A DNA stretch of 64,000 nucleotides. Source: a virus (lineage: Duplodnaviria; Caudoviricetes). The notes beneath the pieces were generated by a model that had not been told where the DNA came from, made no database searches, and saw only the letters and a program-made list of their open reading frames with translations. Made by a program: the position numbers and the translations under genes. Location of the stretch: the IMG/VR virus record IMGVR_UViG_3300042554_001750; one strand, given 5' to 3'. Positions 28,160 through 36,670 of this stretch are shown one piece after another. Positions within the stretch are counted from its first letter, which is position 1; every line of letters starts with the position of its first letter.

Positions 28160-28420
28160 TTAAGACCAACGCAAGGTAAAGTATGTAGCTTCTTGCGGAT
28201 CTTCAAATGCAAATTTATAATACTGAGATTTGGACAAACTTATAAATTCATTACCATCCAAAATAGTAAATCTACCTGAGAGGTTATTATATATCCATTC
28301 TACGATTTCATCCAATGATGTGTCGTATATAGCAGCATTGGCTATAATAAAATGGATCGGCTTATAGTCTAACTGCCGCTCAGTAAACCAAGTAATTTCA
28401 TCTATAGAATATTCAATCAT
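28160..28420 (-). CDS. Hypothetical protein
   Basis: 86 aa, ends FEDPQEATYFTLRWS, a motif type common in large-phage small proteins. Confidence 0.6.
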   Translation of the reverse strand: MIEYSIDEITWFTERQLDYKPIHFIIANAAIYDTSLDEIVEWIYNNLSGRFTILDGNEFISLSKSQYYKFAFEDPQEATYFTLRWS

Positions 28421-28830
28421 TTAGTAAGACTATCTAATACTTTATATTTTTCGTAGGCTTCAATGACAGCGGGATTATCATTCAAACCAATAGGATTAAC
28501 TTCCATCCACAATGCCATTCTAGACATATCACCGTGTATAAATCCAGTATCGTGCCCATAATTTCTAGGCTGATGAATTTTACCGGCTAGGTAAAGTCTG
28601 GCTGTAAGCGATTTAACATCTTCTAAATTTACATCTTTACTGAACACATAATTAGAAGGGTGGCTGACATAATTATTACCGTCACGGTAGTATCCTTCAG
28701 CTACCTTTAACACACCCTCAAGGTCTTTGGCTCGTGTGCGTGTGATTATCAATAAAACATCTTCCTCGGACACTTCGCCTGCAAGAATAGATTTAAGACA
28801 CCCGCCAAAACTTGTACCGATGAGCATCAT
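28417..28830 (-). CDS. Hypothetical protein
   Basis: 137 aa, ATGA-coupled. Confidence 0.65.
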   Translation of the reverse strand: MMLIGTSFGGCLKSILAGEVSEEDVLLIITRTRAKDLEGVLKVAEGYYRDGNNYVSHPSNYVFSKDVNLEDVKSLTARLYLAGKIHQPRNYGHDTGFIHGDMSRMALWMEVNPIGLNDNPAVIEAYEKYKVLDSLTK

Positions 28831-29198
28831 ACAATCATTTTCCTTTTAGTCTTTTCGTAATCACTATAAATTTTATGCCCGTTTTCCCGAATCCAATCAA
28901 CAAGAGGTTGCGGATTTTTAGCAAACTCTTTCCGTAATTGATTCTCAGTCATGGTGCTGTTGAATTCGTAAATTTCATAACTGCGTTGGCTATTAAATTT
29001 GGCTCGCAAAATCATCATGTTGAGAGGAATAGGATTTGGTTTTTCACGGTGTGATTGTTCTTTTAATTTTGACCATATCGCTTCCTTTTCCCATCTTTCA
29101 ATTTCGGCTTTTGCCTGACCCACATCAAATATGCATTCAAGGCCCAGCATGTCCCACATTGCCAAATAATGTTTAACATTCTTTTTTCTTGAGAGCAT
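28827..29198 (-). CDS. Hypothetical protein
   Basis: 123 aa in operon. Confidence 0.6.
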   Translation of the reverse strand: MLSRKKNVKHYLAMWDMLGLECIFDVGQAKAEIERWEKEAIWSKLKEQSHREKPNPIPLNMMILRAKFNSQRSYEIYEFNSTMTENQLRKEFAKNPQPLVDWIRENGHKIYSDYEKTKRKMIV

Positions 29199-29427
29199 AT
29201 AACATCTCCACTTTACTTATAGCATCGTTTAATGTTGGATCACTGTCAGCCATGAACACGGCTTCTTTTAAATTTACCCAGCGTATTTGCAACTCTTGTT
29301 CTTTTTGCCATACAGGATCTACACTATGTAGATGGCGAACGGTCTCGCCAGGTTTTTTAGCGTAGACCGTCTTGCCCCCGTCGGGGCTTTCATAGATGAT
29401 AATTTCCTCAGTTGACTTTATCATCAT
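29173..29427 (-). CDS. Hypothetical protein (start re-assigned to ATG 29427)
   Basis: MMIKSTEEIIIYESPDGGKTVY...; longer track ORF overlaps the VWA gene. Confidence 0.55.
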   Translation of the reverse strand: MMIKSTEEIIIYESPDGGKTVYAKKPGETVRHLHSVDPVWQKEQELQIRWVNLKEAVFMADSDPTLNDAISKVEMLYALKKKEC

Positions 29428-30691
29428 AGAGGGCAAACGTCCCGAACGGGGGATTAGGATCGGGGTCTCCGTGAATGATCCATGTAGTGTCGCAATAGTC
29501 AGGGTCGCCCCAACTACCGCAAGGATATCCATCAGTGAACACAATCAATCGCTTGGGTTCAATTGCATTTTCCTTGAGATATCGGAAGATAGCATCAAAG
29601 TCAGTGCCACCACCACCCATTGGTTCATAGCCATCAATCGTATCCATATTCTCACTGGTGAAGTCAGCAGGATTATAGATTTCCGTATCAAAACAGAATA
29701 CATGAACCTTGTAACCATCAAACGCTTCCATCATGCCCGCAATCTCACCCAAGAAAGCCTGAGCCTGCTTGTTAGAAATAGAACCTGACATATCAATGGC
29801 TACTGTAACATCAATTTCTTCACCGGGGGTCATACCGGGCATGACTGCATCCATATGCCAACCACGGCGTGAAGGACGCATCCAACTAAAGTCAGTACGG
29901 ATAGCACTGGTCAAGTTAGTCTGAATCAGTTCACGCCACGGCATGACAGGATTAGTATGTTGCTTGATCAGGCGTTCAACACCTTTGGGCAAACTACCTG
30001 CTTCGGCTGATTGTGCGGCGTTAAGAATTGCTTGCTTGACCTCTTGACGGACACGTTCACGTTCCTCAGGACTCATCTTGGGACGCTTACCCTTACCGTC
30101 CTTCTCATCTTCACCGTCGCCGTCGTCACTCTCATTGTCCATATGGTCGTCAATCATTTGATCAACCAAATCATCAATGGAAATCTTTTGCGCATTCTTC
30201 ATGAGGTCATCATAGATTTCCTCAGCAGGCTTGCCATCATACTTAGATTCATACAAGCAAGGCACAGTAGTAATGAACTGGCCAACCTTATGGCGCTTCA
30301 AGTCAGCATTAACAGCATAGTCATCGGCAATGTTCCAGATTTGCGGATCACGTGTACCACGGCGATCCATGTGATCATAAACCACATGCAACACTTCATG
30401 ACCTACAAGAAACTCAACCTCTTTGGGCTTGAGCATCATAATGAAACGGCTATTGTAATAAAACTTCAGACCGTCAGTAGCCGCTGTACCACACCACTCA
30501 TCGGCGTTGGTCAATTGAAGGCGTGTTGCAAGGTTACCGAAAAATGAGTGCCGAAGCAACAAACCGATTCGGGCAGTAACCAGCCGCTCACGGGCTTGTG
30601 CATCAATTTTAGGATCAGTGGGGCCGATCAGATTTTCAAACTTTTTGCTACTCTTACGCTTCTTTTTAGCAGGGGCAATTACATCACTCAT
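29408..30691 (-). CDS. Putative metallopeptidase (HExxH) + VWA-domain protein, MoxR partner
   Basis: TAATDG, HEVLH, WNIADDYAVN; MIDAS DMSGS; GGGGTDF. Confidence 0.85.
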   Translation of the reverse strand: MSDVIAPAKKKRKSSKKFENLIGPTDPKIDAQARERLVTARIGLLLRHSFFGNLATRLQLTNADEWCGTAATDGLKFYYNSRFIMMLKPKEVEFLVGHEVLHVVYDHMDRRGTRDPQIWNIADDYAVNADLKRHKVGQFITTVPCLYESKYDGKPAEEIYDDLMKNAQKISIDDLVDQMIDDHMDNESDDGDGEDEKDGKGKRPKMSPEERERVRQEVKQAILNAAQSAEAGSLPKGVERLIKQHTNPVMPWRELIQTNLTSAIRTDFSWMRPSRRGWHMDAVMPGMTPGEEIDVTVAIDMSGSISNKQAQAFLGEIAGMMEAFDGYKVHVFCFDTEIYNPADFTSENMDTIDGYEPMGGGGTDFDAIFRYLKENAIEPKRLIVFTDGYPCGSWGDPDYCDTTWIIHGDPDPNPPFGTFALYDDKVN

Positions 30692-30718
30692 TGTGGACTC
30701 CTATCAGATAATACACAT

Positions 30719-30747
30719 ATTCTAGCGGAAAACCGAATATTTGTCAA
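30719..30747 (-). promoter_or_regulatory. sigma70-type early promoter
   Basis: TTGACA-N17-TAGAAT. Confidence 0.75.
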
Positions 30748-30748
30748 A

Positions 30749-31000
30749 TTAATGTGTACTGCGGTTGCCACCGTTTTCCACTTGATCAATGAAATTTTCT
30801 AGTTGTTCAATTTCTTCTTCGGACCATGTACCATCTTCAATATCAACGGGTGTTGCCTTCTCAAGGAAACTTCCGTCAGCAAATCCATCTTCAATCTCTT
30901 TGATTAGGTTATCCAATTCTTCTTGGGTGCCCTCAAAATTATCAAACGCACCCGGTGCAAAAACAAGTTTCAAACCGTTTGGAAGTTTCTTATCAGTCAT
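30749..31000 (-). CDS. Small acidic hypothetical protein
   Basis: 83 aa, 21 D/E vs 6 K/R by hand count. Confidence 0.65.
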   Translation of the reverse strand: MTDKKLPNGLKLVFAPGAFDNFEGTQEELDNLIKEIEDGFADGSFLEKATPVDIEDGTWSEEEIEQLENFIDQVENGGNRSTH

Positions 31001-31015
31001 AGAATTTCCTAAATT

Positions 31016-31061
31016 AAAAAAGGGTGGGTGTTACCCCACCCCAAAGAGGGTATTGCTACCC
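31016..31061 (-). terminator. Double-hairpin intrinsic terminator after MoxR gene
   Basis: GGGTA-GCAA-TACCC then GGGTGGG...CCCACCC-TTTTTT. Confidence 0.75.
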
Positions 31062-31080
31062 CGGGAGTAAACAGATAATC

Positions 31081-32178
31081 TTAGTTACCTGCCTCAACAA
31101 TGTACTTACCATACTTCTTGTGGAACTCGTCAAAATTCTTCAACTGACTAGGTTCAATCGGAAGCTTGTAAGTCTTAAGTGCGATCTTAGCACCCATCAC
31201 AACCAACTCAGTCTCAAAGTTAGCCATGATGTAGTTAAAGAAGTTGTCTGCCATCTTGTGGAACTCTTTGTTGTCCACTCGCTTGTTGTCAAGTGCATCC
31301 TTCAATTCATAGCACATTGAAATGGTCAGTGAGTACATAGCGGACACTTCCTTGACTGCGAGATCCTTGACCTTACCGCTGAGAATGTCAGATGGCTCGG
31401 GCATCTTGCCTGCAATCTTGCGGTGAGCCATAAACTTAACAGCAAGACCTTCACCGATAGCACCTGCAACCAGATTGAACAAAGTGTCGTTATCAACATC
31501 CTCGTCCTTGATCAGGTCGCTAACGAAAACCCAACTACGGGGGGTAGCGAATGCACGGCTACTAGACTTGCTATCAAAGTCATAAATGTCCTGCTTTGCG
31601 AAGGACAAGTAACCAACCACATCCTTGTGAATGCCCTTGTTCACAGCCCAGTTTTGCCATGAAGCAAAATCGGGGCGCATTTCAATGTGAACGAAACGGT
31701 TAGCAAGGGGCATCGGCATGCGATAAGTAACACCCTTGTCACTATCGCGGTTACCTGCCGCAACAATACGAACATTGTCGGGCAACTTATACTTGCCAAC
31801 ACGACGGTTAAGAATAAGTTGATAACCCGCTGCCTGTACTGCGGGCGGGGCACTGTTCATTTCATCAAGGAACAATACAACGATGGGATACTGACTAGCA
31901 AGTTCCTCATCGGGAAGATCAACTGGGGGAGCCCAGTCCATCTTACCATTATCGCGGTTAAAGTAAGGGATACCACGAATATCAGTAGGCTCCATTTGAG
32001 CCATACGCAAATCAATTACCAAGCCACCGAGTTCTTCGGCGACTTCAGCAACTACCTCACTCTTACCGATGCCGGGAGGACCCCACAAGAAAACAGGACG
32101 ATTGGCATTGAATGCCTTGAGAATTGCCTTGCGGGCCTGAACACTAGTGATAGTGAGATTGTCAGATACTTGAGCCAT
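31081..32178 (-). CDS. MoxR-family AAA+ ATPase
   Basis: Walker A GPPGIGKS, Walker B LFLDEMN, AAGN, NRF, ATPRSW. Confidence 0.9.
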   Translation of the reverse strand: MAQVSDNLTITSVQARKAILKAFNANRPVFLWGPPGIGKSEVVAEVAEELGGLVIDLRMAQMEPTDIRGIPYFNRDNGKMDWAPPVDLPDEELASQYPIVVLFLDEMNSAPPAVQAAGYQLILNRRVGKYKLPDNVRIVAAGNRDSDKGVTYRMPMPLANRFVHIEMRPDFASWQNWAVNKGIHKDVVGYLSFAKQDIYDFDSKSSSRAFATPRSWVFVSDLIKDEDVDNDTLFNLVAGAIGEGLAVKFMAHRKIAGKMPEPSDILSGKVKDLAVKEVSAMYSLTISMCYELKDALDNKRVDNKEFHKMADNFFNYIMANFETELVVMGAKIALKTYKLPIEPSQLKNFDEFHKKYGKYIVEAGN

Positions 32179-32211
32179 TGTTTACTCCGTTAAAAAAGTT
32201 TTGATGTTTGA

Positions 32212-32240
32212 AGTATATATCAACTAGGATTTATCGTCAA
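32212..32240 (-). promoter_or_regulatory. sigma70-type early promoter
   Basis: TTGACG-N17-TATACT. Confidence 0.75.
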
Positions 32241-32244
32241 CTGC

Positions 32245-32514
32245 TTAGATTGCCCGAAAGCACTCATAGGAGCGAATTGGGCTACGATTATCGGTATGCT
32301 TTTCAACATACTTGATTACAGTGCCTTTGGTAGCCAGTGTAGTTACCAAGGTAGAAAGGTCACAATCTTCCTCAAGGTATACAGTATCACCCTTTTGATA
32401 ACTGAAATGAGAAATCTTGTCGGCGATGCCAAGGTCAAACAGAACCTTGCGCTTTACTGCACCCCAGCCATGGCCAGGATCAGAGTAAAATTTAATCGTA
32501 AATTCTTTAGACAT
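32245..32514 (-). CDS. Hypothetical protein (DPGHGW / YLEEDCD motifs)
   Basis: 89 aa in early region. Confidence 0.65.
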   Translation of the reverse strand: MSKEFTIKFYSDPGHGWGAVKRKVLFDLGIADKISHFSYQKGDTVYLEEDCDLSTLVTTLATKGTVIKYVEKHTDNRSPIRSYECFRAI

Positions 32515-32516
32515 GA

Positions 32517-32783
32517 TTACATGCTCCAGTAAGTTTCGCTAGCCGGGTTGCAACACCAAGGCGTATCCTCGGCGATCACAACATTCTGACCAGTCATCAG
32601 GTTCTTGACGACCTTGGTACCAACCGGTCCATACTTGAGTTCGAACCAGGATTCTTCAACAAAGTTGTAAACAAACTTTCCTGCGTTACGATTACTGCAG
32701 GTTGCACTACGCTTGGCACCTGCCTTGGTCTTGAAATAACGCTTATCCTGATGCGGGAATTCGGTGTGAAAAACGACAAACAT
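32517..32783 (-). CDS. Hypothetical protein
   Basis: 88 aa ending DTPWCCNPASETYWSM; AAAGGA RBS. Confidence 0.65.
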   Translation of the reverse strand: MFVVFHTEFPHQDKRYFKTKAGAKRSATCSNRNAGKFVYNFVEESWFELKYGPVGTKVVKNLMTGQNVVIAEDTPWCCNPASETYWSM

Positions 32784-32815
32784 TTTGAGTCCTTTATCTA
32801 ACTGTCTATGTATGT

Positions 32816-32844
32816 ATTATATACCCAAATCCATTTATTGTCAA
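32816..32844 (-). promoter_or_regulatory. Perfect-consensus sigma70 early promoter
   Basis: TTGACA-N17-TATAAT. Confidence 0.85.
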
Positions 32845-33110
32845 CCGCGGACTGTGTCGCAGTATTCAAAAAGGATCCACTTAGCACGGTTGAGCATTTG
32901 ACGGACATCCTCAACGACCATAAAATCGTAGAACCCGCCGTTGTCAGAGGACAACAGTTCCTGACAATCAGACATAAGACTAGCGGCGTACATAGCAGGG
33001 CCCGAGAACCGAAAGGTCAAACTTTGCTCTACTGCCTCACGCATTTCGGCTTCAGTACAGCCATACATGCGGACTTCACGCTTTTGTTGCTCGGTCATTA
33101 TTGCGTACAT
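32841..33110 (-). CDS. Hypothetical protein
   Basis: 89 aa downstream of early promoter. Confidence 0.6.
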   Translation of the reverse strand: MYAIMTEQQKREVRMYGCTEAEMREAVEQSLTFRFSGPAMYAASLMSDCQELLSSDNGGFYDFMVVEDVRQMLNRAKWILFEYCDTVRG

Positions 33111-33142
33111 GTTTGCCCCGTTAGTTAACTGTCAATACATGT

Positions 33143-33171
33143 AGTATACGCCCAAATTGATTTATTGTCAA
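33143..33171 (-). promoter_or_regulatory. sigma70-type early promoter
   Basis: TTGACA-N17-TATACT. Confidence 0.8.
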
Positions 33172-33173
33172 AT

Positions 33174-33428
33174 TTAGGACATGATCTTGGCCATTAATAT
33201 GAGCTTTTCTAAATGGTCAATAGCCTTGTTGATTTCATTTACCTTGTCTAAGGTCATGTTTGATTTGGGGTTTCGCCTGGCTAGAACTTCTATTTTACTC
33301 AACTCACTAACCATTTTTTCAATATTCAGAAACATTTTATTAAGGTCAGGGTTGTACCCAATACTACGCAAATCTCGGCGTAGTTGGTCACTTACTTTTT
33401 GAAAATCAACGGCGGTTTGAATATTCAT
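33174..33428 (-). CDS. Hypothetical helical protein
   Basis: 84 aa. Confidence 0.55.
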   Translation of the reverse strand: MNIQTAVDFQKVSDQLRRDLRSIGYNPDLNKMFLNIEKMVSELSKIEVLARRNPKSNMTLDKVNEINKAIDHLEKLILMAKIMS

Positions 33429-33897
33429 TTAATTGACTAAGTGTTGTGGTTATATCTACATGATGTATTGCAATGCCACCTGCTTGTTGCCATTCTACAA
33501 TATTTGATTGTCTATCGTCTATTAGAATGTCACCCGTGTTGCAATGTATATGCTTATCTTTACTATAGGGTCCAAAGTGTACAGGTATGTTTGGGAAGTA
33601 AGCTTGTGCCCAAAGTACTTTGTCATAGAATGCCCAATGTACATCATTGCCCTTTGGCACTGCTGTTAAGAACATAATTTCATAATAGTTGTCTATGGCA
33701 AACTTTTGACACTTGGTAACAAGTATATCAGCATATGGTGTTTTTTGCAAGTCTCTGTATAACCGAGGATTTTGAATCAATTGATTCCAAATCTCAAAAG
33801 GATAAACGCCATTGGATGGTGGAACGCCTAATGTCTCTAGTGCGTACCTGTCAAAATCAGCAACTACCCCATCCATGTCTAAGTATAATTTTTTCAC
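33406..33897 (-). CDS. 5'(3')-deoxyribonucleotidase, HAD superfamily (NT5C-like)
   Basis: LYLDMDGVVADF, K..W, ILIDD, W...GG. Confidence 0.85.
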   Translation of the reverse strand: MKKLYLDMDGVVADFDRYALETLGVPPSNGVYPFEIWNQLIQNPRLYRDLQKTPYADILVTKCQKFAIDNYYEIMFLTAVPKGNDVHWAFYDKVLWAQAYFPNIPVHFGPYSKDKHIHCNTGDILIDDRQSNIVEWQQAGGIAIHHVDITTTLSQLNEYSNRR

Positions 33898-34250
33898 TTT
33901 TGGCTATCTCCGGGTAGTACTCGGTAATTATCTTCAACACTATCAGGCGTGCTTACTTCAATGATTGTACCTTCTTCTAAACAAATTACCTGATGCGGTT
34001 GTAAAGGTCTATTGCGCCATGTTGCACCCTGTTCAAGTATAATGTCATGTATGCTGGCATCTTTTGTTTCAATAAAAACTATTTTAAATTTACCACTCAA
34101 TATATACCACGATTCATCTTTCTCGGCATGAAAGTGCATGCTAAACTTAGCATCTTTGTTAAACTTTAAAAGCTTACCACAATACTTTTCATTGGTAGCA
34201 AATATAAATTCATGCCCCCAACCTTTCTCAACGAATCCTTCTAGTCTCAT
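33894..34250 (-). CDS. Cupin-fold sugar isomerase-like protein
   Basis: KGWGHE, FSMHFHAEKDESWY, H...E cupin motifs. Confidence 0.75.
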   Translation of the reverse strand: MRLEGFVEKGWGHEFIFATNEKYCGKLLKFNKDAKFSMHFHAEKDESWYILSGKFKIVFIETKDASIHDIILEQGATWRNRPLQPHQVICLEEGTIIEVSTPDSVEDNYRVLPGDSQK

Positions 34251-34999
34251 TTTATTTCCTCTAATTTGGGTGCATACACGCCCAAATGTTGAACTGTTAC
34301 ACTTGCAGCTTTATTGGCAAACTCAATTGCTTTAACTATATCATTGGTTTCTAAAAACATAAACACTAACGCAGCCAAAAAAGTATCTCCGCACCCAGTA
34401 ACATCTACTACTTCAGTTTCACGGGCAGGAAACTGCACACCGTTATATGTACAACCTTTGTTTCCTTGTGTCACTATAAGTGAACTGGTTGTGCTGTTTG
34501 CTTTTGAAAATTCTGTTTCGTTTATCTTTACAACACAACCTTCAAACTCTTTGAGGTCATGTTTTTTGGTATCTATAAAAATAGGACCTAAATATTTCTT
34601 CCTGATAGATTTTACCAAATCATAAGTTACTAATCCTTTGTTGTAATCACTAACGACAACGGCATCAATGTTGTGTAAGTCTATTGAAATTTCATTTATA
34701 GTTAGTGGATCAGACTTTATATCATCGTCAACTCTAACGATATGCTGCTTGCTTTTAGCGTCAATTAATCTTATCTTAGTTGAATTACCTTTGGTCACAA
34801 AGCAAACATCTAATCCTAGCATCAATAAGTTTTCTTTTACATTTGCTGCCATGCCCGGCTTAGATATTTTTTTAGTCAGTTTGAAAACAGGCACAGGTGC
34901 TTCAGGACTAATTCTATCAACAGTACCAAAGTGGTACTCATCAATACAACTGTCACCGATTAATAATACTGTGAATTTTTTCTGTTGTTGAGTATCCAT
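34247..34999 (-). CDS. hldA: PfkB-family heptose-7-phosphate kinase (RfaE/HldE domain I)
   Basis: GTVDRISPEAPVPV, SDYNKG, DVTGCGDTF. Confidence 0.85.
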   Translation of the reverse strand: MDTQQQKKFTVLLIGDSCIDEYHFGTVDRISPEAPVPVFKLTKKISKPGMAANVKENLLMLGLDVCFVTKGNSTKIRLIDAKSKQHIVRVDDDIKSDPLTINEISIDLHNIDAVVVSDYNKGLVTYDLVKSIRKKYLGPIFIDTKKHDLKEFEGCVVKINETEFSKANSTTSSLIVTQGNKGCTYNGVQFPARETEVVDVTGCGDTFLAALVFMFLETNDIVKAIEFANKAASVTVQHLGVYAPKLEEIK

Positions 35000-35339
35000 C
35001 TAATCTATCAAAGAAAATAATTTCCCTACAAAAATATTCACCGACAATGGGTTTTCCGATATAGTCACTACCCTTTACCATAATATCACATTGTTCTACC
35101 AATGCTATCAATTCTTGGTCCGAATCAAATATTACAACTTTGTCAACAGCTTTGAGATTTTCTAGCAGTAATTTGCGTTCGTCTTGTGAATTGATAGGTC
35201 TTGATGATCCTTTTAATTCTTTAACTCTACGATCAGAATCAATCGCTACGACCAAATTATCAGTCAAAGACTTAGCGTAATTTAATAGTGCCAAATGCCC
35301 AGAGTGTATAATATCAAAGGTGCCGTTCACTAATACCAT
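34953..35339 (-). CDS. hldC: Heptose-1-phosphate adenylyltransferase (RfaE/HldE domain II)
   Basis: NGTFDIIHSGH (HxGH), KG..RPIN, VKGSDY, YSTT. Confidence 0.85.
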   Translation of the reverse strand: MVLVNGTFDIIHSGHLALLNYAKSLTDNLVVAIDSDRRVKELKGSSRPINSQDERKLLLENLKAVDKVVIFDSDQELIALVEQCDIMVKGSDYIGKPIVGEYFCREIIFFDRLDGYSTTEKIHSIINR

Positions 35340-35377
35340 AGTAGAGGTATTTATTTCCGTCTCAATATAGTCGTATA

Positions 35378-36376
35378 TTACTTGATAGGGACTAAGTTGT
35401 TTTTAAATATTTCCCAAGCCTGTTGCCAACTCCATCGTTGACTTCCATTTAAAACTATCTGCCTATCCAAATGCAAACAACGCTGGATTGCAATAGATAA
35501 CTCTTGTTCCATATAGCCAGTGATACCCTCGTCAATTACATCCATTGGTCCCTGACATCTATATGCTGCCACCGGTGTACCGCATGCCATTGCTTCTATC
35601 ATAACAATACCAAATGTTTCCCATTGACTTGGAAAAACAAATACATCAGCATTAGCATAGTAATATGCCAATTCATGACCTGTTTTAAAACCTACAAATT
35701 GTATATCGGGGTATTTCTTCTTATATGTTTCCAACATTGGTCCATCCCCTACCATTATTTTATAACTGTTAGGATATTCTAATTTAAAGAAATCTTCTAG
35801 ATTTTTTTCTTTACTAACTCGGCTTACACAGACCAACAATTTAACATCGTCATTTCTATTTCTTTGAGAAGAATTAAAAACCTTTCTATCAACGCCTCTA
35901 GTCCAGCTAACAATTTCTCCATCAAATCCATGCTCACGCAGTTCATTCACCATACTGTCAGTGGTGGTCAATACTTTACCTGAATGTTTGTGAAACCATC
36001 TAACTAAAGGCCAAGTAATACTTTCAGGTATTCCAAATAACTTTCTAATTCCTTCTGGAAACTTAGTATGATAAGCAGTATTGTAGCGATAACCGTGTTT
36101 GTCAAGATATTGTCTAGCACACAAACCCACAGGACCTTCGGTGGCGATATGGATATGATCCGGAGATATCTTCTCAATCGCCTGGCCGATCTTCCTGGGA
36201 AAGGCAATCTTGACTTCGTTGTAGCCAGGGCAACCAATATAGCGGAACCTCCCGGGATCAATAAAAACAACACGATAATTGTCGTGAAGCGCCATAGCCT
36301 CAATATTTTTGTAGGTTGTAACGACACCATTTATTTGATTTGGTAAATTATCAGTTATAATCAGTATAGTTTTCAC
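35378..36376 (-). CDS. agt: GT4 glycosyltransferase of Agt type (diacylglycerol glucosyl/glucuronosyltransferase-like), GTG start
   Basis: TD...QINGVV, HIATEGPVG, YHTKFPE, RVSKEKN, FPSQWETFGIVMIEAMACGTPV (EX7E). Confidence 0.75.
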   Translation of the reverse strand: MKTILIITDNLPNQINGVVTTYKNIEAMALHDNYRVVFIDPGRFRYIGCPGYNEVKIAFPRKIGQAIEKISPDHIHIATEGPVGLCARQYLDKHGYRYNTAYHTKFPEGIRKLFGIPESITWPLVRWFHKHSGKVLTTTDSMVNELREHGFDGEIVSWTRGVDRKVFNSSQRNRNDDVKLLVCVSRVSKEKNLEDFFKLEYPNSYKIMVGDGPMLETYKKKYPDIQFVGFKTGHELAYYYANADVFVFPSQWETFGIVMIEAMACGTPVAAYRCQGPMDVIDEGITGYMEQELSIAIQRCLHLDRQIVLNGSQRWSWQQAWEIFKNNLVPIK

Positions 36377-36504
36377 TTTATAGATTCTGTATGTTTATGA
36401 TGTAGACTTTTCTTTAAAAGTTTTAACCAAGTCTTTTTTTCCCGAGCTTGATTATGCTGGACGCAAGCCTTGTAATGTTTTTTGATCAACTTTCTTACTT
36501 TCAT
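36373..36504 (-). CDS. Unannotated 43-aa basic protein translationally coupled to the GT4 gene
   Basis: GGAGG RBS, MKVRKLIKKHYKACVQHNQAREKKTWLKLLKKSLHHKHTESIK*, TGA overlaps GTG of next gene. Confidence 0.55.
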   Translation of the reverse strand: MKVRKLIKKHYKACVQHNQAREKKTWLKLLKKSLHHKHTESIK

Positions 36505-36670
36505 AACAACCTCCTTGTATCTTAAAACTATCAAACTTTAACCAGTATTCTACTGATTTTAATGCCTGTTCACACTCCGTCTGTGTCTGAAATTTTATCA
36601 CTGCTTTGCCCGGCACGTCGGCGGGATTGTTTATGTGTACTGCTATCAAAATTAGTAACCACATTGTCAC
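36452..36670 (-). CDS. Small hypothetical protein with hydrophobic N-terminus
   Basis: 72 aa, AAGGAG RBS, two Cys. Confidence 0.55.
   Translation of the reverse strand: MTMWLLILIAVHINNPADVPGKAVIKFQTQTECEQALKSVEYWLKFDSFKIQGGCYESKKVDQKTLQGLRPA

Noticed and set aside
29396-32193. Plus-strand ORFs 29396..29788, 30011..30547, 31687..32193 and similar
   Set aside because: Antisense to well-supported VWA/MoxR genes; stop-poor because of biased codon usage
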